Shown piece after piece: positions 62,314 through 64,000 of a stretch of DNA of 64,000 bases. The first letter of the stretch is position 1. Every line of letters begins with the position of its first letter. The stretch covers positions 14,043 through 78,042 of the forward strand of contig LCRX01000002.1 in the NCBI GenBank assembly GCA_001004885.1. Direction: 5' to 3'. The notes beneath the pieces are model-generated. The model searched no databases. It worked only from the letters and a program-made list of their open reading frames with translations, and was not told the origin of the DNA. A program made the translations under genes and the position numbers. This DNA comes from Candidatus Magasanikbacteria bacterium GW2011_GWA2_56_11 (GTDB taxonomy: Bacteria; Patescibacteriota; Patescibacteriia; Magasanikbacterales; UBA922).

Positions 62314-63507
62314 ATGCCAGTTTCCATTGATAACGCTTGCATAAACGAACTTCTTACCCGCGGGGTCGAGAACGTCTACCCGACGCGTGAGTTTTTGGAA
62401 CAGGAATTGAAATCCGGCCGCCGGCTGACTCTGTATACCGGCTACGACCCGACCGCGCCCACTCTGCACATCGGACACGGAATCACGCTTTTGAAACTCC
62501 GCCAGTTCCAGGAACTTGGCCACAAGATTATCATGCTCGTCGGCGACTTTACGGGCATGATCGGCGATCCGACCGACAAGTCGGCCGCGCGGCAGAAGCT
62601 CACGCGCGAGCAGGTGGCGGATAACGCCAGTTTTTACCGGGACCAGGCGGCGGCAATTTTGGATTTTACCGGCGAAAACGCCGCCGAGGTCCGCTACAAC
62701 AGCCACTGGCTCGCGGAGATGAAATTGACGGATATCGTCGAACTGTCCGCGCACTTTACCGTGCAGCGTCTCTTGGAGCGTGATATGTTCGAGCGCCGGA
62801 TGAAGGAAGAAAAACCGATTTATCTGCACGAATTTTTGTATCCGCTTATGCAGGGTTATGATTCAGTGGCCATGAACGTGGACGGCGAGGTCGGCGGGAA
62901 CGATCAGACGTTCAACATGCTCGCCGGGCGCACCCTCATGAAGGATTTGAAAAATAAAGAGAAATTCGTTTTGACGCTGAAGCTTCTCACCGACTCGAGC
63001 GGCAAGAAAATGGGCAAGACCGAGGGAAACATGGTGGCGCTGTCGGACACGCCGGAGGATATGTTCGGCAAAGTCATGAGCTGGCCCGACGAGATGATCG
63101 GAAACGGTTTCGAGCTCTGCACCCGCGTGCCGGCGGCGGAGATAAGCGCCATGGCCCAAGCGATGGCAGGCGGAGAAAATCCGCGGGACCACAAGCTCCG
63201 GCTGGCTTACGAGGTAACGAAGACATTTTTGGGCGAGGCGGCCGCCCAGGCGGGGCAGCGCCATTTTGCGACCGTTATCCAAAGCAAGGAGAAACCGGAG
63301 GCTATACCCGAACTCAAACCCTCGGCTTACGACATTGTTACCGTCCTGGTGGAGGCCGGTTTCGCGACGAGCAAAACCGACGCGCGCCGGGCGATCGACC
63401 AGGGCGGAGTAAAGGTGAACGACGGCAAAGTGGCCGGTTACGAGACCGCCACCGCCCCGGGCGATGTGGTGCAGAAAGGCAAACGGTTTTTTGTCAAAGT
63501 CAAATAA
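62314..63507 (+). CDS. tyrS: Tyrosyl-tRNA synthetase
   Basis: HIGH motif in TLHIGHGITLL, KMGKT (KMSKS), C-terminal S4 domain; start at MPVSIDN. Confidence 0.93.
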   Translation: MPVSIDNACINELLTRGVENVYPTREFLEQELKSGRRLTLYTGYDPTAPTLHIGHGITLLKLRQFQELGHKIIMLVGDFTGMIGDPTDKSAARQKLTREQVADNASFYRDQAAAILDFTGENAAEVRYNSHWLAEMKLTDIVELSAHFTVQRLLERDMFERRMKEEKPIYLHEFLYPLMQGYDSVAMNVDGEVGGNDQTFNMLAGRTLMKDLKNKEKFVLTLKLLTDSSGKKMGKTEGNMVALSDTPEDMFGKVMSWPDEMIGNGFELCTRVPAAEISAMAQAMAGGENPRDHKLRLAYEVTKTFLGEAAAQAGQRHFATVIQSKEKPEAIPELKPSAYDIVTVLVEAGFATSKTDARRAIDQGGVKVNDGKVAGYETATAPGDVVQKGKRFFVKVK

Positions 63508-63530
63508 GCGCGAACAGTACCCTGGCATAT

Positions 63531-64000
63531 GATGGAACAGATTACCAAAGAAATCTCCCGCCTGCTCGGATCGGCCGGCGTGGCCGGACCGATCGAGCTC
63601 TCCGCGCCTCCCAAACCGGAAATGGGAGACCTGGCCTTTGCGTGTTTTTCTCACGCCAAAACTGTTCTCCGGAATCCGGCTGAGGCGGCGGCGGAGATCG
63701 CGCAGAAGATAAGCCGTTCTCATTCCGGTCTTTTTTCAGAGATTAAGGCCTTTGGCCCCTACGTAAATTTTTATATCGAGAGCCGGGAGCTAACCCGGCA
63801 GGTGCTGTACGAGATTGCTCAAGCCGGCGTCAATTACGGGCGCCAGACCGTCGGCCGCGGCCGGATAATGGTGGAGTTCGCCCATCCCAATACGCACAAG
63901 GCGCTGCATATCGGGCATCTGCGCAATATTATTACCGGCGAGAGCCTGGTACGCTTATTGGAGAACGCCGGTTATCAAGTGATCCGGGCCAATTACCAGG
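63531..64000 (+). CDS. argS: Arginyl-tRNA synthetase, N-terminal part (runs off window end)
   Basis: VEFAHPNTHKALHIGHLRNIITGESLVRLLENAGYQVIRANY matches the E. coli ArgRS block (…[44 protein letters not shown]…) around the HIGH region; not in the ORF track because it is truncated. Confidence 0.8.

Noticed and set aside
62863-63723. 286-aa minus-strand ORF
   Set aside because: Antisense to tyrS and the argS start.

Overview
High-GC bacterial chromosomal window, estimated by eye at 60% GC or more. It holds about 63 protein-coding genes; I found no rRNA, tRNA or CRISPR array by inspection. Gene content is mostly housekeeping: miaB-miaA; a minus-strand pyrimidine operon pyrB-pyrI-pyrC-(divergent OTC-like carbamoyltransferase)-pyrD-pyrK ... 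pyrE-pyrF; gatB; a tightly packed dTMP-synthesis cluster (dCMP deaminase, P-loop kinase, dut, thyA, glycerate kinase, Rcl-like hydrolase, folA, tmk); a low-GC island with HicB-HicA and HigB-HigA toxin-antitoxin pairs around a PEP-utiliser swivel-domain protein; secE-nusG-rplK-(two inserted genes)-rplA; gyrB; a frameshifted rodA/ftsW; rplY; prmC-prfA-rpmE; rpsB-tsf; a 2020-aa glycine-rich/FN3 surface protein; a glycolytic block gap-pgk-SIMPL-eno-gpmI-gpmI; nrnA; valS, tyrS and a partial argS. The gene repertoire (giant surface protein, many small hypotheticals, duplicated iPGM, compact operons) suggests an uncultured lineage, possibly CPR/Patescibacteria-like; this is inference only. The strongest non-genic signal is a roughly 150-bp structured repeat family with five copies on the + strand, each lying directly downstream of a sigma70-like promoter or AT-rich hexamer. 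It carries nested inverted repeats, including a perfect 23-bp pair, and the 28-bp hairpin loop is inverted in one copy relative to the other four. A second, roughly 160-bp terminal-inverted-repeat element family occurs twice in opposite orientation and exactly brackets the 8.3-kb glycolytic block.
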